A stretch of 64,000 nucleotides of DNA from Octopus vulgaris. Taxonomy: Eukaryota. Both the position numbers and the translations under genes were made by a program. The stretch spans positions 69,192,001-69,256,000 of the forward strand of contig OX597819.1 of assembly GCA_951406725.2 (NCBI GenBank). Reading direction: 5' to 3'. This document shows, one piece after another, positions 13,951 to 27,430 of this stretch. Below the pieces are notes generated by a model. It worked only from the letters and a program-made list of their open reading frames with translations. It was not told the DNA's origin and made no database searches. The first letter of the stretch is position 1; every line of letters begins with the position of its first letter.

Positions 13951-15329
13951 ATGTGTAAGAGAAAATGATGGAGTGCAAACGGAGTATTAACTACACCTAA
14001 GTAAAAATTTATAGACGAGGAGAAAACAACGGAAAATGTGATGACAAATACGAACGATAAACGCCAAGATATATTAAAGAATAAAACCACGCCTTTGACT
14101 CAGGCTTAGAAAACTCAAAAAAGAAGGGATCAGAGTCAGTAAACAATAACACCAATATATCAAAAATAGATACAAAAAGGAAATGTATGACAAAGCGCAG
14201 CCGTGACGCACACCAGATAATCTTAAAATCATTTCTCTTATAGTATAAGAAATATTTCATTAGTTATACTATACGTAATTGTATTCTACATTGATTAATG
14301 TCATTACGAAGTAAAGTACGTATGAAAATTACAGTCACTGATACAGGTTTAAATTGTTGTTGAAAAGGCACCAATTTTGAAGATGTGCTCGGGGGTAGCG
14401 GTCGAACCCCTTACTCCCCCATTAGCTATGCCACTGTGAAGAAATAAAAATAAAGGGGCTTATTACTGGCCACTTAATAGTCACAGTTCTGGTTTGGCAA
14501 TCATTTATCCTTGGTCTGTAAGATTGAAAGTCAAAGAATTTAGGGGTCTTTGTGAAAACGACGGACAAAATTTTCAGTGAAAGAAATACCAGAAGCGAGA
14601 TGAAAGAAAAAGTTAGATAGGAAAATTGTTAATCCTCTACAGTTATGAAGTGCGACGTTAATTTCATTGAGATGTATATTATTTTAACAGACTAAAGCAG
14701 CATTATATATTGCAGAGAATTCATAAACGTCATTTTAGAATTAATTATATATTCTTGCTGATAAGAAAACTAACACCACTTTGATGTAACTAGAAATATG
14801 TTGATTGTTTCATATGGGACGTTCATATATGATATTATTGGTGTCTAACATCTTTTCAGATTAAAATGACATTAATATTGATTCCTCTGCTGTGAATACT
14901 ATTTGATATATACGAATAACGTGGGCGATAGTCAAACACACTAGTCAATATATATATATATGTGTGTATGTGTGCGTGTGTGTGTGTGAATTACTGATAT
15001 TTTAAGAGATATTTAAAACTAATAAGTCTGAATAAACAATGATCATAGAAAAGGCATCGATATAAACACAAATACTCTCATATCTATGAATACATTGAAA
15101 ATTGGCAAGCATTCGCACCACGTCGGTTACGATGGCGTACTTTCCAGTTGAACTTAGCAACGGAAAAGCTGGCTCGTGAAATTAATGTGCAGGTAGTTGG
15201 GCTCCCCCACGGGACGGCGTACCCACACACAGAGTCCTCCGAGAGAGATTCAGCGTGATGTAGAATCTGCTGAAACTGGCCCTTTGAATAACAGGTGCCA
15301 GCTGCGTGAAATATATTATATATATATAT

Positions 15330-15870
15330 GGGAGAATTTACGAAAAAACAAAAGACGAAGATAGGTGGTGTAGAAAATAAACAGATGAATTAGTATAACG
15401 CTCGGGGATTGAAAAATTCTTTAACGTTTCGAGCCTAGGCCCTTCCACAGAAAGGAACACAGAAACAACCACACACCACCACAACACATCACGCCACCAC
15501 ACACACACTAGCACTGACGCTTCCCAACACCCACCCCATCGTCCAAACACCAACACATTACAGACGCACACACGCATACTCATATACACTCGCACGCACA
15601 CCTTCGGTTTGAGAATCATTAATACTTTATTATATCCCCTTCTTCTGAGCTCTTCTGTCTAATTACCTCTGTTTAGCAAGCCACCATGCTTGACCGCTAG
15701 CTACAAAAGTTGTTTTTTTATTCACTCTCCGTTTCTTTCCGCGTATACCTTTCGGTTAAAGAGCGTAGGCGCAAAACGTAAAAGATTTTCTCAAGCTGCC
15801 GAACTTTAAACTAATACACCTGTTTGTTGTTTATACACCTATCATCGTCATTTGTTTTTCTGTAAATTTC

Positions 15871-15873
<3 letters not shown>
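15330..15873. mobile_element. Foldback element with ~130-bp inverted arms carrying hammerhead-like motifs, between (TA)n tracts (family C)
   Basis: 15330-15460 is the diverged reverse complement of 15745-15873. The left arm on the minus strand reads CTTT-CTGTGGA-A-GGGC-ctag-GCTC-GAAA-CG-TT-AAAG. Confidence 0.7.
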
Positions 15874-15911
<38 letters not shown>

Positions 15912-15995
15912 TGTGTGTGTATGTATGTATGTATGTATGTATATATATATATATATATATATATACATACATACATACATACATACATACATACA

Positions 15996-16029
<34 letters not shown>

Positions 16030-16313
16030 CATATGAGAGGGATAACCACTATGTGGATAACTCCTATGCTAGAAGTAGATCCGCTATGGTCTTACCACTA
16101 AGAAACGTTCTCAAGAAAAATTTAGCAAACACCAGAACGTAAGCGAGCAAAACAAATAAATTTAGATAATTCACATAGTATGTATGTATGTATGTATGTA
16201 TGTATGTATGTATGTATGTATGTATGTATGTATGTATGTATGTATCCTAAACTCAAGAATAGAAGTCTTTTCGACAAGTCTTGGTTTGATGAGACGAACA
16301 TAAACACATAATA

Positions 16314-16516
16314 TTAGGTCGGTGCATAATTGTTGCGGCTTTTTTTCAATGAATTTTTTTCAAAATAAATTTAAACAAAACGCCAGTCAGAAATCGAAGT
16401 AGATGGTGAATATGCTCTGGAGTAATCGTTTAAAGATATTTTTGTTAAATGTTGCTATTGTTTTTGTTGAATATATTCTACTGATAAAAAGCCGCAATAA
16501 TTATGCACCAACCTAA
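16314..16516. mobile_element. Mariner-derived MITE
   Basis: TIRs ttaggtcggtgcataattgttgcggctttt and aaaagccgcaataattatgcaccaacctaa, with TA on both sides. Confidence 0.9.
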
Positions 16517-16808
16517 TATATACAATGATTTAATATATACAATGATTTATGTTTATATCCATTTTTATATACATGATGGACCTGACCCACATATTGTTGA
16601 AACGAGTGTAATGAAAGAATAAGTATAATACCATTATTCAATTTCCTATATTATTCTCTGTAACAAACAGATTATACCCGGAACTTTAATTTGACCGAAA
16701 GGTTTTTTACTGGAAGGGAAACTCTCTATGTATATAGTCTTCTAACAGAGGATTCATAAATCCCTGTTTATTTTAAACCCACACGCACACACGCGCATAC
16801 ACACACAT

Positions 16809-16855
<47 letters not shown>

Positions 16856-17771
16856 CACACACACACACACATACACACTCACATAAATGATGTGGTATTA
16901 TTTAGTCGCCGATACATATGTATCATTTGTTAATAGGAGTTACTAAATTGTGCATATAGGACAAACATGTAAGATATTAGAAGTATTTTCAGTAAGAGAA
17001 TCAAACAGCGTCTGAAATAAATATGGCATCTACGGACGAAATTGGAATATTGGAATAAGCAGGTGTGCTTCGAGAGGATATGGCTCAGATTTCAACCATA
17101 TCTCCATAATATATGAATGTGTGTGTGTTCGTGCGTGTGTGTGTGTTTGTATGCGTGTGTTCAGACAGCGAGGAAGATATATATATATTGAATATATTAA
17201 CTTCTATATTCTCTAATATGAATTCAATATATATTTGTCTTCATTGGATGGGTCCCTTTTATTAAGGACAGGTTATTTAGCCATCCTGGCAATGTTTATC
17301 AGACTTGCGTGAATAAACATGAAGGGACTCTTAATTAGCTTAGAATCTTGGCTCAATCCTAGCTTGAATCGTAAGAATATGAAGAGAAATTGAAAATTCT
17401 ATATTAGATTCGTCCGTTGCTATGAGTGTGAGCGTTGGAAGAAGAATTAAGAAAAGTAAGACAGGGAAGTGGAAAGATAACGAAGGACTGTAAAGACGAG
17501 CGCATCTAACATTTCCATTAGTATTAGGTGGTAGAGTCAGAGGTGGCTGTGGCGGTGGCGGTTGTAGGAAGTTGTAGGAGGTAGATGGAAAAATTTAAGG
17601 GGTTTGTGACAAGTTTAAAGAGGATATTTAATTAAGAACTTCAGACATAGCTTCGAAGTGTGTCGTATTAAGTGTTGACGTTGCCATGCAAATGATATCA
17701 TTTGCGTTTTCTCGCTTTCACCCTCATCTTTTTCTTGTGTTCTGTCATATTTCTTTCGCTTTACAATTACT

Positions 17772-17803
<32 letters not shown>

Positions 17804-18004
17804 AGTCATCGCTATCATCATCACCTTCGTACTGCTGTTATTATGATTATTATTTTTGTTGCTGTTATTTCAATAGGTTTTTCTTGAAAGGTAACAAGCT
17901 CCCTTATACATTTATTTATTTAATTATGTTCAATCTAAGGAGTTGAATGAAACTGAAGTATTAAATTAGCTTTAATAAACTCAGCTGCCAGTCCTTGATT
18001 ATTT

Positions 18005-18007
<3 letters not shown>

Positions 18008-18086
<79 letters not shown>

Positions 18087-18197
18087 CATACATATATATA
18101 TACATATATATACATATACATATATATACATATATATATATACATATACACATATACATACATATATATACATATATATGTACATATATATATATAC

Positions 18198-18228
<31 letters not shown>

Positions 18229-18263
18229 CATATATATATACATATATATACATATATATATAC

Positions 18264-18294
<31 letters not shown>

Positions 18295-18305
18295 CATATA
18301 TATAT

Positions 18306-18350
<45 letters not shown>
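18008..18350. repeat. Long (TA)n/(TACA)n microsatellite, one of dozens in the window
   Basis: Read directly from the sequence. Confidence 0.95.
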
Positions 18351-18353
<3 letters not shown>

Positions 18354-18671
18354 GTTCATATTTTCTTATTTTACAGTCTTGTGTTGTTTCGTTTCCGTTA
18401 CAATATTGTTTCCTTGTGTGAATTTGTTTCTGTTTGTAGATACTTTCGTTTACGTTGTATTACGATGTTTAGACCATTAAAGTTGTGTTACTTAGATGAC
18501 ACGATTTTTCCACGCTGTTTTATGTGTAAATAACTCTATTAAGATGCCAAACTATACCCAGTTAAGTTTATTTCGTTTAGTGTCTCAGATAAAATTGTTT
18601 CTGTCACCAGTATCGTCCTTGTTTTGTTGATATATATATATATATATATATATTCATTTATGCATACACAC

Positions 18672-18775
<104 letters not shown>

Positions 18776-19924
18776 GTTGTTTTCCTCTCCGTGTTCATTT
18801 TGTAATGTGTATATGTTTGTGACGGGAAGTTGGTGTATGGAATTTTCACTTCTCAAGAACTTTTCTATTCATTTCGTTATCCTGATGGTATATCTAGAAT
18901 TAACGTACATAATAGATTATCCAACCTGGTCAATCTGGTGACGATTCCAGAGGTGATCTAATCAAAACTTTTCAAATTTAATAAACGAATTCTTGGACGA
19001 AAATATCGTACTTTGACTGACTGCAGCGTGTGTTGTTACTGTACATTTTAAGAGAAATAATGCCACATTAGACTGAGCATATGAAACAAAATATAGTATA
19101 CCAAAGCAAAATAGAAGAAACCCACGCATACATACATACGCACATACATACATACATACTTACATACATACATACATACATACACATATATATAATCTAT
19201 AATACATATATCCATATGCATACGTATTTATATACTATATAAATAACGTATGTATGTGCTTGTGTGTGAGCTTGAATGTGTATTTGATTATGTAAAAGTG
19301 TGTATGTATGTGTGTGTGTGCGTGTGTGTGTTATAATATTCGCGCCTCAGTGGAATTAATTGAAGGAACGCTTTCTTATGTCGTGATGTTAGAAACAATT
19401 CTTCTTCTTCTTCTTCTTCTTCTTACTATCATCATCATCATCATTATCATCATCATCATCATCATCATCATCATCTTAATCATAGCCTATTATTGCCATC
19501 TTTGCTTCAAGCCTGAGAGCCGCATTGTCGTGTTGTCCTCTAAGTTTTACTAAAATTACTGTTGATTTTACCCGTTTCAAATCACATTATCGTACAATTT
19601 TGCTGATTGTTATATTTGGAAACGTAACAAAAATATGGCGAGTATGATTGAGTCAGCGCTTTGTATATCTTCATTTACAAAAGTGGAAACCATTGTTAAT
19701 TCTATTTTATTTTATTTTCATTTTTCATTTCCTTTTTCTCGATTTTGTAAATTTTTATTGAATAGACAATATTGTATTTAGGAAGAGACCCAACAGAGAG
19801 AGAAACGATGCAGCTAAAGAAAACACTGGAAAAACCGTGATTTCGAGAATGAATCAGACAGGATGATCTTATGGCCAATGAATCCGACTTTTATGCTTTG
19901 CGACAACAAAAGTAGGAATAGTAT

Positions 19925-20283
19925 ACTCTTACTCTTTACCCTTTTAGTTGTTTCAGTCATTTGACTGCGGCCATGCTGGAGCACCGCCTTTTGTCGAGCA
20001 AATCGACCCGGGACTTATTCTTTGTAAGCCTAGTACTTATTCTATCGGTCTCTTTTGCCGAACTGCAAAGTGACGGGGGACATAAACAACCAGCATCGAT
20101 TGTCAAACAATGCTAGACACAGACACACAAACATACACACACACACATATATACATATATACGACGAGCTTCTTTCAGGTTACGTCTACCAAATCCACTC
20201 ACAAGATACCATGCAGTTTGGCTGAACAAGGAACCATATGGTTGGTAAGCAAGCTAATTACCACACAGCCACTCCTGCGCCTA
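19925..20283 (-). mobile_element. SINE family 2 copy with an internal deletion
   Basis: Reverse complement of 11300-11710. Confidence 0.85.
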
Positions 20284-20597
20284 TATAGCAACTTACCACA
20301 CACCCATTCTTGCGCCTATATGCATGTTTGATACTAGAACCACCCATACGGCATACTATCCATCAATGATCCTTTATATTAAACTTCAGTTTGTTAGAAA
20401 TAATAGTGAAACCATCCACACCTTAACAATTTATCTTTACAAAAGTTTTAGTAAGTTTGTCTTGTTATATTATTATATGCTCCAAGTATTAAAAAATTGT
20501 CTTTTCATAAGAAACAATGTACTCTAGTGATTAGCGAACATGTGAAAGTGTATCATACACAATGTATGGACGCCAGGAAAACATGGCGTATTATATA

Positions 20598-20980
20598 CTA
20601 GCAGTATCGCCCGGCGTTGCTCAGGTTTGTAAGGGAAATAACTATAAAGCATTTTTAGAGAGTTATAGCCAAAAAATAGCAAAAAAATGGAAAAAAATGA
20701 TGGTAAATTTTTTTTGATAGTTAAAAAAGGTGGAGCTGCGTCCCCTACACAGTTTGTGGTTTGTGTTCCTGATTCTCGACCCCATGTCGAATTTATCGAT
20801 TTTTTCAGAACTGGGGGAACTTTTCAAAATTTTCGCTGCGTTAGTTTTGAATTATGACATTGGGCTATGTGTGTGTCAAGTTTCATCAGAATTGGTTGAA
20901 AGCCGTGGTCAGGGTGAGGGTACAAGCAAACAGACACACAGAAACACGCACAGACAAACTGCCGTTTATATAGAGAGAGA
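20598..20980 (-). mobile_element. Non-autonomous Helitron
   Basis: Minus strand starts TCTCTCTCTATATAA and ends with hairpin cctgagcaacgccggg plus CTAG. Inserted between A and T with no TSD. Confidence 0.75.
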
Positions 20981-21023
20981 TGATGCACAAGACAGACAAC
21001 GCACTAAAAATAGAGGAATATCA

Positions 21024-21340
21024 AAGTTCTATATTTTAAGAGATGAGGAATTATGTACAATATTTACGTTACTTAGATTTGACGGATATTTCTCCTTATC
21101 TTGTTTGTTGTTAACACAACGTTTTGGCTTATATACCCCCCCCTCAGGCTTCATCGGGTGTCTTGGGGAAATTTCGAACCTGGATTCTCATTCCTAAGGT
21201 ATTTTTCGATGTTGTTGTTGTTGTTGTTGTTGTTCTTGTTCAGCTCACTGCTTGGACTCAAACTCGGGCATGTGGTGTAGTGGTTAAGAGCGCGGGCTAC
21301 TAACCCCAAGATTCCGAGTTCGATTCCAAGCAATGACCTA
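21024..21340. mobile_element. Family A element: inverted hammerhead arm, (GTT)n, tRNA-like head
   Basis: Minus-strand HHR arm 21024-21210, inverted B-box half 21241-21266, then plus-strand head with A box TGGTGTAGTGG and B box GAGTTCGATTCC. Confidence 0.8.
21266..21338 (+). promoter_or_regulatory. tRNA-derived internal Pol III promoter (A and B boxes)
   Basis: gggcatgTGGTGTAGTGGttaagagcgcggg-ctactaa-cccc...GAGTTCGATTCC. T and acceptor stems are imperfect, so this is not a true tRNA. Confidence 0.7.
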
Positions 21341-21767
21341 TAATTCATAACGATCCAAGTTTAGGTCACTTAACCATTTACCACCTTACTACTATCAAAC
21401 TACCTACATTCTTCCTTATTCTCCCTTTTCTTTCTTCGTTTTCTTCTTCCTTCCAAACTTTACTACTATGGCTGTTTAGAATAACACCTACGCAAATTTT
21501 ATAAACAGAACATTCAACAGAGATGTTCCAGGAATTCAATCACTACTACCATCCACAACAAGTCACTTTCAGGGCACTTGACCATTTAACACACTACTAT
21601 TATGGCATTCCCGCCTTCTTCTTCTTCTTCTTCTTCTTCTTCTTCTTCTTCTTCTTCTTCTTTTTCTTCTTCTTCTTCTTCTTCTTCTTCTTCTTCATCT
21701 TCTTCTTCTTCTTCTTCTTCTTCTTCTTCTTCTTCTTCTTCTTCTTCTTCTTCATCTTCTTCCCTAC

Positions 21768-22000
21768 CAAGAATTCATAACGACCTCCATCCCACAAGTA
21801 TAAAGAAAATAGACAGAAGCAGGCAGAAACAAGGAAAATGCCACTTGTATTTGAACACTATGCGAATATTCTTTTAAAAAATTTTTCATTAAATTATTCC
21901 AAAATTTCATTGTTTTCCATATTTACAGTTGAAAAAATCTCAATGACCGAAACCGGTACTGAAATGTTTTTTATAAAATTATTTTAGCACTTTCTACCTT
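21768..22000 (+). mobile_element. Family B hammerhead element, second copy
   Basis: CAG-TTGAAAA-AATC-tcaat-GACC-GAAA-CCGG-TA-CTG at 21926-21961, with decayed stem II. Confidence 0.65.
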
Positions 22001-22057
22001 GACTATTTTTCCTTATAAATCGACTCGTGTGTTCATTTTTAACCTCATATATATATA

Positions 22058-22117
<60 letters not shown>

Positions 22118-22514
22118 TATATACCTACGTACATACATACATACAGCTATCATCTGCTTACAATTTCTGAAATAATATTTCGGTTGTTTCCGGTTAATCT
22201 CACACAGTTACGGGGAGACACATACACAGACTCATACAATTACGTACATATACAAACACTTAAACGCACAGTTTCAGACAGTCACACGTGCGCACGCACA
22301 TACACACACACACACACACACTCACACACACACACACATACACACACACACTCACACGCACGGATACCAGCAGACAATCAGAGTCATATTCTTCATTTGT
22401 CAGTTCGCAAAACGGATTTTATTTGAAGCTAGACATAAACATCAATAGTGAAAACGAGATAATGTTAGTCTTAATTCTGTACACTTCACCTGTCCATCGA
22501 GTAGCAAAGCGTTT

Positions 22515-22795
22515 TTAATCACCCTATCTTTGGACATTTTCACTTGCATCTTCCCAGGGGATGCTCAGATTTTTCCGACCTTTGAATGCCTCGTCTTCTT
22601 GTGTCACCCTCTATTAATTTGGCATTCTGGTGGTCCCCATTGAATAACTCTCTTCTGGTTGTCAGAAAACCTGACCTACAAGCCATGCTCTTCTTTCTTC
22701 AACAATTTTCGGTGGGTTGTGCAGATTACCTCTTCTCAAGTCTTCAGAATTTGTGACTCTGTCTTTGTAGGCTACCTTGAATATTCTTTCGATCC
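22515..22795 (-). pseudogene. RTE-clade LINE 3' ORF fragment
   Basis: Minus strand translates RIFKVAYKDRVTNSEDLRR...IVEERRAWLVGQV...QWGPP, similar to the RTE C-terminus. Confidence 0.65.
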
Positions 22796-23132
22796 TCGAA
22801 AGGATGAAAGGCAAAGCGGGCATCGGTAGAATTTGAAATCAGAAAGTAAAGCCGGATGAAATGCCACTATGCATTTTTCCCGGCGTGCTAAAGATTCTAG
22901 CAACACACCACCATAACTTTTGAAAATATTGACTTCAATACCAGTAGTTTCGGGGCAGAGGGTGAGTCGAATACATTGGCTCCAGTCGTGTGGTACTTAT
23001 TTTATCGACCCTGAATAGGATGAACGGCAAAGGATGACCTCGGCGGAATATGAACTCAGAACATAAACATGGGTGAGATGCCACTAAGCATTTTTGCTCG
23101 GCATGCTAAGTATTATGCCAGCTCGACGCCCT
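22790..23132 (-). mobile_element. Two SINE family 1 copies
   Basis: aggatgaaaggcaaag...gaatttgaa...gcattt...cggcgtgctaa occurs twice. Confidence 0.75.
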
Positions 23133-23646
23133 AACTTTTGGAAATATTAAAGTACCAAGAAAACAGTAATATCAATAAATAAAAACAACAACAAAAACTA
23201 CATTAACAGCAGCGATAGAAGCCATGGCAAGCACCTCTTCAAGTAATCAATAAAATTGTTAAAACTAAAATGAAATTGGAGAAATGCATTTCTATGTAAA
23301 CTGACAGAAAGAGAGGCAACAGAAAAACGATAATGAGCGAATCGAAAATGCCGAGGGAAACATTCCAAATGAACGTGAGAGTCTTCAAAAGTAACTCAAC
23401 CTCCACAATTCTGCAGATGACTTTAGGGACATTTTTAAAATAAATAGACTTCAGCACAAACTAAAGGTGAATTTGTTTCTAGTTTGCTATATAAGCACAG
23501 GCCTATCTATGCGGTTGAGAACGTCGCTTTGCAATTGCGTTGTTTGGAGTTTAGTCTCATTGCATGCCAACTTGCTTCTACAAAGGCCCCGAGACCAGCA
23601 GTGTTCTCTGAGTGAATTTGGAAGAGAGAAACTGTGGAAGTTTACT

Positions 23647-23733
<87 letters not shown>

Positions 23734-25628
23734 GATTGCTAGTTTAGATTGCTTATCATAAGCAAGATGTAGCTTCCGAAGTAATACAGACGTTTGTCCC
23801 TTTCGAAAACATTTACTACAAACATGTAGATTTATGAGAGAGGAAAAGAGGAAAACATATAGTAGAATATAATAGCTTTTATTAGCTGATAACCCAACGC
23901 AACAGTTTTTTCAATGGTAAATTGTGGTGCTTTTAAATAGAGAAACTAAAGAACCAATATAACAAACACAAAACCTGCCAACAAAGGATGGACCCATTTC
24001 TATATAGCATAGCATGTGGCAATGATTTCAAGTAATGGATAATTCTGTTGCTCAAAATATGTAGTGTTTCTAAGAGATATAGTTTTCTAGCTTACGTTAT
24101 ACACTGTATTGCACTTGTTACCGTCTTTTTTCTTTTTAATTTCCAGTGTAGTAGGTCAGTCGACCAGCAGTTGCATGGTAAGTGTTTCGACCTTTTGAAG
24201 CCTCTCGCTTTCTTTTCGGTTCTCTCGGTTCTCTTCATTAATTGCAACCCAATTTCTCTCATGAATCTCAAACTGCCTTACTTTTGGGGATATTCTTTTC
24301 TTGCTAAATACTAATGTTGAGGTGAACGTGCGTTTCGTGTACTGTAGGCAAATAATTTATTGATACCTTCATTAATTTCCATTGTTCTGCCATTGATAAA
24401 ATTACGCAAATTTGCCCTAATTGTCAACTTTAATTTGATATAATATTATACACAAGAACAAACACTGTAACCAAATCTATTAGCGTATTGCAATAGACCT
24501 GAATCTTCACTGCAAAATAACATATTACATAAACATAAGTAAATAAGAGTTTGTTCTCAGATAGTGTTCAGTTTTGATAATAAAATAAAAAAACATTAAA
24601 AAGAAAACCAATTTTTTGCACTACCCGAAATCCTCCTCACTTCTGTTTCACTTTACTGCATTCACTCCGACTAAACTATCAATCACAAGTTCAGCTGTTA
24701 GCATTTTCTCACTTCTATTTGCCGCTTACAGAATATTTGTGCACTAGGTCAGACCATAGCACTAATCTAAATCTGCTATTGATGGGTTTTCACTACAATT
24801 AAATATGCTTCTGACATTGATGGATTACACATTTTGCTCTAAAATTCCAAGTGTTTGTTTTTGCTTTTGTTTTTTTTTTTCTCCAATACGTTCTCACAAA
24901 CTCAACAGGACATATATCACATTGCATTTCCTGTAACCGATCTTTGTTGACATGGCTACATTAGTACTAACGCCACCAATGCATTATTACTGCTTTTAAC
25001 ATATCGTTTAGTATTCGAATTGTTATCGTTTCACCAGAGGTGTCATTCTTTTTATAATTTGATATTACTTAAAACCTTCGCCCTTTTGGTTATAAGTTGT
25101 CTAAAAATTTTATCGCAATCACTACTTATAGCTTTTCTTCCTTGCGGCATCTCAAACACGCTGATTTTACCATTTTCCCAAACACGTAGGTAATTTCGGT
25201 ACATTACTTCACAATCGCTTCACGACAGGACAATAACTGACTGATGTATGTAGCTTAATCTTTGCTAAAATCCATGGGAAATATAAATTCAATGGCTTGT
25301 TATAATTTATCCGTTGTCAAGCATCTTCAATCCTATCCATTATCTGTTTGCCGTTTCCATACGAGACTACGCACGAATTGTGGTAAGCACTTCCATCCAT
25401 GTGTTACTGCATTAATGGACATCATATGATACAGAGATTATGCTAAGCACCACACCGTTTCCGGTAGTATCAAGAAACTACAACATGAATTCAATTGTTG
25501 TTTCTTGTTTCATAAACTCTCCCCTCTTCTATTGAGAATTAACATCCATTGACAAATAGTGGCAAGCACTGACTATCGGGCTACTATTGATACTCTTTCA
25601 TATATTCTGATGAGCGTCATATATATAT

Positions 25629-25841
25629 GACCTCGGGAGTACCGTTGGCGATTTTTTTTCTCTGTCTTCCCTTCTCGGGATCTTTCCTTCTCCTATGTTT
25701 CCGACGAAGAGCTCCGCTCGAAACGTTAAGCCCTCCTTCTTCCCTTCTTTCCTGAGCGTCCAATAATACTTTATTTGTTCCACATCCTCGCGTTGTTGTG
25801 TTTTTTTGTTTGTTTTTTTGTGTTTTCTTGTTTGGATTAAC
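25629..25841 (+). mobile_element. Hammerhead-bearing short element between (TA)n tracts (family D, related to family C)
   Basis: TTT-CCGACGA-A-GAGC-tcc-GCTC-GAAA-CG-TT-AAG at 25698-25730. Homologous to the reverse complement of 40553-40760. Confidence 0.75.
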
Positions 25842-25894
25842 TATATATATATATGTGTCGACATAATGTAATCTTTCCATTATGTTGTTTAATT

Positions 25895-26100
25895 CTTTTG
25901 CTTGTTTCAGACATTTGACTGTGGCCATAATGGAGCACAACCTTGAAGGGTTATAGTCGAAGAAATCGACACCGAGACTTATTTTCTCAAGCCTAGTACT
26001 TTTTCTATCGGTCCCTTTTGCAGAACAGCCAGGTTTACGGTGACGGGGACGTAAACATATCAACACTGATTGCCAAGCGGCGATAGAGGTACATACACGA
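25895..26100 (-). mobile_element. SINE family 2, 3' half
   Basis: cttttgcttgtttcag...gcctagtactt...ggggacgtaaac. Confidence 0.75.
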
Positions 26101-26230
26101 AGTCACACACACACAAACATGCATGCGTACATATATATATAAATATATGATAAAGAAGAACGGAAATGCTACTATTTTAAATTAGGTACATTTGAATTTC
26201 TTCATATAATAACTTTAAATAATGATTTTG

Positions 26231-26268
26231 TTTTACATGTTTCGGTTGCTGAAGAACCTTATCAAAAA
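26231..26268 (-). ncRNA. Minimal hammerhead, U3-A8 variant
   Basis: Reverse complement reads TTT-TTGATAA-GGTT-cttcagc-AACC-GAAA-CATG-TA-AAA. Confidence 0.7.
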
Positions 26269-26543
26269 TATGTACTAAAGTGGAATATGTAGAGAAGCAA
26301 GTTATTAATAAAATTATTAACATAAACATTCATAGTGTCCTTTTCGTTTTCCTGCAAGAGCACGTGGTAATTTTCTTTAATTTTCGTGGCATTACATGTG
26401 GCACTGTCTGTGATGGTAAATTAAGTAGTCCGGTCGTGACTGTTTTCAAATAGAGTAGGTGGAGTAGTCGAATAAGCAGCAGTAATAATAATAGTCGTCA
26501 AATACATATATATACATATACATGTATATTTTTATTTGCAGAT

Positions 26544-26622
<79 letters not shown>

Positions 26623-27114
26623 TATACACACTTATACATACATATATACATGTGTATATATATATATACATATATATATATATAGTCAATTGGAGGATGC
26701 AATATTTATATATATATATAGTCAATTTACAATCCAGATATCAACTGATATTATTGATATGAGAGAATTTTCACAATTTATAGGGATAAACAGTCTAATT
26801 TATAGTTATGTTTATATAAGCAAATGGAGAAAAAGTATATAGTGGATAATTATCCAAATTTGTATCACCATAAAAACATAGGACACCATTTAATACAAGT
26901 AAAATTAATAGGAACAGAAACTAATTATGCTTTTTACAGTTAATTTATTTTCCTTTTAATTTTATTTGTATTAAATGGTTTGCTACTTTTTTATCGTGAA
27001 ACAAACAAAATACGTATCCAGTATATATTTTTCTCCATTTTCATATATATATATATATTTTTTATTCTCATGAGCCGACCTTGCGTGATATGCTTAGCTC
27101 TAAGCGCAGTAAGT

Positions 27115-27170
27115 TCGACTGATGAGAACTGCCATGAAATGATTCAGAGTTCGAAATCACATGATATGGA
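27115..27170 (+). ncRNA. Type I hammerhead motif
   Basis: TCGA-CTGATGA-GAACT-(17 nt)-AGTTC-GAAA-TCACATGA-TA-TGGA. Stem III is one CpG-type change away from the palindrome ATCACGTGAT. Confidence 0.75.
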
Positions 27171-27395
27171 TATATCTGGTAATTTCTTGTGAGTTTGTCT
27201 CACTACGGCAAGGAGCTTCTCGCTTCGTCTCTTTCAACAATTTGTTGAGCTAATCCTTTACGTGGCTTTTTAAGTCGCCTTTGACTCTTGTTTCTAGCAA
27301 TCCTGGTACTATTTTGTACTCTTGTTTATCAATTTGCCTTTAGGTTTTGAATTGCTAACGAGCCACCTATATTTATCTTTCTATATTTATGTGTG

Positions 27396-27430
<35 letters not shown>

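Noticed and set aside
21266-21338. Possible tRNA gene with ACT anticodon
   Set aside because: Acceptor and T stems pair poorly and it is embedded in a repeat, so it is a SINE-type head.
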